Source: Promethearchaeota archaeon (lineage in GTDB: Archaea; Asgardarchaeota; Lokiarchaeia; Sigyniarchaeales; SOKP01). From it: a DNA stretch of 10,819 nucleotides. The DNA lies in assembly GCA_048941265.1 (NCBI GenBank), contig JBHLNT010000144.1, positions 1 through 10,819 on the forward strand. The letters are read 5' to 3'. The notes under the pieces are model-generated. The model worked only from the letters and a program-made list of their open reading frames with translations. It made no database searches and had not been told where the DNA came from. Both the position numbers and the translations under genes were made by a program. Below are positions 8,038-10,819 of this stretch, piece after piece (within the stretch, counting starts at the first letter, position 1; each line of letters starts with the position of its first letter).

Positions 8038-8156
8038 AACTTAATAAATAGAGTCTGGAAAAATATCTGGCTCTAACCAAAGATATGAAAGAAGATTGAA
8101 TAACTAAAATTGTTATATTCAATTACGATTAAGCAGCTTTAGTGTATTTCTTTTAT

Positions 8157-8189
8157 AAAAAGTGTAAAATTAAAAAAAATAAAAGTAAA
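8157..8189 (-). terminator. Oligo-T terminator region of cdhD
   Basis: Several T-runs on the minus strand (up to T8) just downstream of the cdhD stop, convergent with the SRPBCC terminator. Confidence 0.45.
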
Positions 8190-8197
8190 TCATCTAT

Positions 8198-9352
8198 TTA
8201 ACGCTTTAAATTCGCTGAGGCCCAGTCATAATAGCCCTTCTCTTCCATTACTTTTGGAATCTCAGCAAAGAATTGAGATGTTATATCTTTGACGTGTTTT
8301 GCTGCAACTGGATGGAACATCATGGCTAAATCTAAACCGACTAATGTTAAAGAGAGCGCATTTAATACTTCCCAGATTGGTCCTCTATATTGCCTTAAAC
8401 CCCATTCAGGAACTTGCTTTTCGCTCATCCAGGCCTCACGGGCACCCCAGGCATTCGTAGTACCACCACTAATAGGATAAGCTAAATCTTCTTCACCTAA
8501 TAAACCCGCAATTCTCATTCTTTGATAGATACTAAAGCTGTATTCCATCCCATAACCGAGTGTAGCGCATGTGGGGTCCATCACAATTCTATTACGCGGT
8601 AATCCTAATTCTAGAGCATCTTTATTCATTTTGATTTGATTATTCAAATCTAGTGAAGTCCAGAGTAGGCAATTGTGGTCATATTTCACTGCAAGTGGGA
8701 TAACCTCTTCCCAAGTAGCTTTATCTGCCGCAGATAACATTAATACGTCACTTTCAGCGATAGGTGCGGTAGCTTCGAATAATTCCATATCCTTCTTTTT
8801 ATTTCCAGAACAGCCGATTATAACGGGCACGTCAACTGCTTGTAGAATATCCTCTAAATATTTGACAGATTGAGAGACTGGTGCGTCGCCCATCGCAGGA
8901 TCAATTTCAAGACTATGAAATGTAATGCAGTCAGCACCAAATTTATCTACAGCGAATTTAGCCCATTCTGCGGGGTGTCCCAGAACCTCTCCATACTCTT
9001 GTTTGATTGGTTTAGGGAGCATCATTTTTGAGCCCATATCGAAAACATCGTAGGTCACTAACGGCGGATTAGGATTTCTTTTTTCAAGTCCTAAGAAGTT
9101 GTAGAATGGAGGAACAACTTCACCACCAATTACTGCTCTTTTTCCGTTTGACCGTACAAATTCAATGGTTTGAATTTTTCCCGGAAAGTCAACATCAAGC
9201 TGAAATTGAGCGGGTGTCCATTCTGCTTTCCCGAGAGCGGGTATTCCCGCCGCTTGAGCTGCCGAAGCAATCATCCCCGGTAAAGCTTGAAATTCTAAGT
9301 ACTCTGCGAATAGATCTACATCAACCAATTCAAGTTCTTTCGTGTCTTTCAT
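8198..9352 (-). CDS. cdhD: Acetyl-CoA decarbonylase/synthase (CODH/ACS) complex delta subunit (corrinoid Fe-S protein small subunit)
   Basis: IGGEVVPPFY, PNPPLVTYDVFD, PAEWAKFAVDKFGAD, AVDVPVIIGCSGN, IVMDPTCATLGYGMEYS, TTNAWGAREAW, RGPIWE, MMFHP. The open frame extends upstream to 9397, so the N-terminus may be longer (see findings). Confidence 0.95.
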   Translation of the reverse strand: MKDTKELELVDVDLFAEYLEFQALPGMIASAAQAAGIPALGKAEWTPAQFQLDVDFPGKIQTIEFVRSNGKRAVIGGEVVPPFYNFLGLEKRNPNPPLVTYDVFDMGSKMMLPKPIKQEYGEVLGHPAEWAKFAVDKFGADCITFHSLEIDPAMGDAPVSQSVKYLEDILQAVDVPVIIGCSGNKKKDMELFEATAPIAESDVLMLSAADKATWEEVIPLAVKYDHNCLLWTSLDLNNQIKMNKDALELGLPRNRIVMDPTCATLGYGMEYSFSIYQRMRIAGLLGEEDLAYPISGGTTNAWGAREAWMSEKQVPEWGLRQYRGPIWEVLNALSLTLVGLDLAMMFHPVAAKHVKDITSQFFAEIPKVMEEKGYYDWASANLKR

Positions 9353-9463
9353 TAACTCTGCTAATTTTTTACTTAATTCTTCGAAAGAAATTTCATATCA
9401 CTTTTTTTATAATTATTAAGTTTTAATGATAGGTAGGAAATTGTTGAATAGAATTTAAAATTA

Positions 9464-9528
9464 TTTGGAGGAAAATGATCATGGGTATTTGATTTTGGAC
9501 AAAAATGATGAATTGGAACATTGGGTAT
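9464..9528. repeat. Imperfect direct repeat upstream of cdhD
   Basis: tttggaggaaaatgat (9464-9479) and tttggacaaaaatgat (9494-9509) are 14/16 identical at a 30-bp period. Each is followed by cat(t)gggtat (9480-9488; 9519-9528). Confidence 0.7.
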
Positions 9529-9552
9529 ATATAAGGAGTGACGAAATCCGTC
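9526..9552 (-). promoter_or_regulatory. Candidate cdhD promoter: TATA box with an adjacent palindrome
   Basis: Minus-strand TTATATATA (9534-9526), flanked by C-rich bases and preceded by the palindrome GACG-N5-CGTC (9540-9552). Confidence 0.5.
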
Positions 9553-9701
9553 GTGCAAAATCGAATTTTTATCAGATTAATTTTTTCAAAATTTACAACT
9601 AAAGTTGAATATATTTTTTAGGAAGTTTCAATTTATTAAGAGGAAATAAAAGAAATAAAAGAATTTTAAAATTTAGACCAAAATCTTTAGGGAGTCTATT
9701 A

Positions 9702-10229
9702 CTAAGCAAAAGAAATAAACTTTTTCTTTTTTACTAAATATATTATTATTCCTATAGATAATACTAGTGAGACCATTAGAACTTCTATAGGATATCCAGG
9801 TATTTGCGGTAAATAGTAACGAGAAAGTTTTTTATTTGATTCTAATTTGAAGAAATCTGGGCCATTTTTTTGGAGGATAATCTGGAGGTAATAGATTTGA
9901 TCATCTTCGGCGGTATAATTAATGTGGGGTTTCGTTCCCGCATCGTGAGCAACTTTATCCTTGTTTATACCACTGTCTATAGAATTATCAATGTTTACAT
10001 GTGTTTCAGTGGGACGCTTATCAAAAAGATAAAGATGGAAATAACCGTTTTCTCGAGCTTTTAAATCTACTTTTAATTCATCATCTTCCTCTAGTTCTAC
10101 TAAAAAGAAAAGAGAGTTCCCATCGTTCATTTGATCTTCAAACACGAATTTGGTCTTAGCAAGTGAATATGAAACTGGAAAGAGTAACAAGAATACAACA
10201 AAAGCTAAAAAAACCTTGCTATAATTCAT
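9702..10229 (-). CDS. Secreted, C-terminally anchored surface protein with a Loki-CTERM/PGF-CTERM-like sorting signal and a possible PPC-like beta-sandwich
   Basis: N-terminal signal peptide (MNYSKVFLAFVVFLLLFPVSYSLA); C-terminal IPGYP + hydrophobic helix + KKKK; beta-strand-like body (YFHLYLFD, INYTA, IYYLQI) with an NYT sequon. Confidence 0.8.
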   Translation of the reverse strand: MNYSKVFLAFVVFLLLFPVSYSLAKTKFVFEDQMNDGNSLFFLVELEEDDELKVDLKARENGYFHLYLFDKRPTETHVNIDNSIDSGINKDKVAHDAGTKPHINYTAEDDQIYYLQIILQKNGPDFFKLESNKKLSRYYLPQIPGYPIEVLMVSLVLSIGIIIYLVKKKKFISFA

Positions 10230-10288
10230 TATATTTTAACTAAAGTTTTTTTTAAATTTGATATTAATTATTAAATCTTTAACTTTTA

Positions 10289-10786
10289 TTAATTTTTTAA
10301 AATTTTGTTTCTTGCATAATTAACTAATCCTTCCGCAGAGATAATTTCTTGTAAAAAATCTGGCATTTTATTAATTTTATATTGTTTATTTGTCGTTATA
10401 TTTGCTATGATTCCTTTTTCAAAATCAATTTCTAATTCATCCCGAGTGTTAATATCATCTATTTCTTCTAATTGAACTATCGGCAATCCTATATTAATAG
10501 CATTCCTAAAAAAAATTCTAGCGAAGGAAGGTGCTATTACACACTTAATTCCAGCAGCTTTTATTGCTAATGGAGCTTGTTCTCTACTGGAACCACTCCC
10601 GAAATTTTTATTTGCAATTACTATTGATAGGTCAAATTCCTTTTTTTTTTGATTAAAGTCGGGATCTAAATCTTCAAAACAATGTTCCGCAAGATATTCT
10701 GGATCAGAGCTAACTAAGTATCTTGCGGGAATTATTAAATCAGTATCTAAATTTTTTTTATTGTATTTTATTACTCTTCCTCTCAT
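10289..10786 (-). CDS. leuD: 3-isopropylmalate dehydratase small subunit (archaeal-type LeuD/HacB family)
   Basis: [38 protein letters not shown]. The YLV substrate loop resembles isopropylmalate isomerases rather than YLRT homoaconitases. AGAGGT SD 8 nt upstream of the ATG. Confidence 0.92.
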   Translation of the reverse strand: MRGRVIKYNKKNLDTDLIIPARYLVSSDPEYLAEHCFEDLDPDFNQKKKEFDLSIVIANKNFGSGSSREQAPLAIKAAGIKCVIAPSFARIFFRNAINIGLPIVQLEEIDDINTRDELEIDFEKGIIANITTNKQYKINKMPDFLQEIISAEGLVNYARNKILKN

Positions 10787-10807
10787 AGTTTCTGACCTCT
10801 ATGAATT

Positions 10808-10819
10808 TCATAAATAATC
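10808..10819 (-). CDS. Possible 3' tip of an upstream gene (perhaps leuC), ending ...D-Y-L-stop
   Basis: The minus strand reads GAT TAT TTA TGA, ending 21 nt before the leuD start. leuC commonly precedes leuD, but only four codons are visible. Confidence 0.25.
   Translation of the reverse strand, partial: DYL

Noticed and set aside
9398-9400. In-frame TGA upstream of cdhD as a possible selenocysteine codon
   Set aside because: An in-frame TAA lies three codons further upstream with no start codon between; the TGA is better explained as part of the GTGA SD motif.
8289-9558. ORFs 8289..8480, 8673..8873, 9106..9426 (+) and 9373..9558 (-)
   Set aside because: The first three are antisense to cdhD. 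The last runs through the candidate cdhD promoter/leader and has non-protein-like composition.
9870-10064. Plus-strand 64-aa ORF
   Set aside because: Antisense to the CTERM surface protein gene.
1-10819. CRISPR arrays, tRNA/rRNA genes, IS elements
   Set aside because: No regularly spaced repeat-spacer units, no GC-rich structured RNA-like segments in the intergenic gaps, and no transposase or integrase ORFs seen.

Overview
AT-rich (roughly 30% GC by eye) archaeal window, most likely from an Asgard archaeon (Lokiarchaeia-like). This is inferred from an IPGY-TM-basic C-terminal sorting signal, an archaeal-type CdhD and LeuD, (G)GTGA/GAGGT Shine-Dalgarno motifs, TATA boxes and oligo-T terminators. 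Nine credible CDSs: a 5'-truncated acyl-CoA synthetase (+); a membrane H+-pyrophosphatase followed by a universal stress protein (-); a tandem two-domain bacterioferritin-like protein (-); a GC-richer RibD-C/DHFR-fold protein (-) divergent from an SRPBCC/Aha1 protein (+); a stand-alone cdhD (-); a secreted Loki-CTERM/PGF-CTERM-like surface protein (-); and leuD (-). No rRNA, tRNA, CRISPR array or mobile element was seen. The most interesting observations are the fused double bacterioferritin (two complete diiron ligand sets, both heme-Met positions, A-B loop insertions, no helix E), a probable non-canonical ATT start or 1-nt indel at the cdhD 5' end, a structured cdhD promoter/leader, and a K+-independent type II-like PPase tightly coupled to a USP. 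All family assignments come from recognising motifs; no searches were run.
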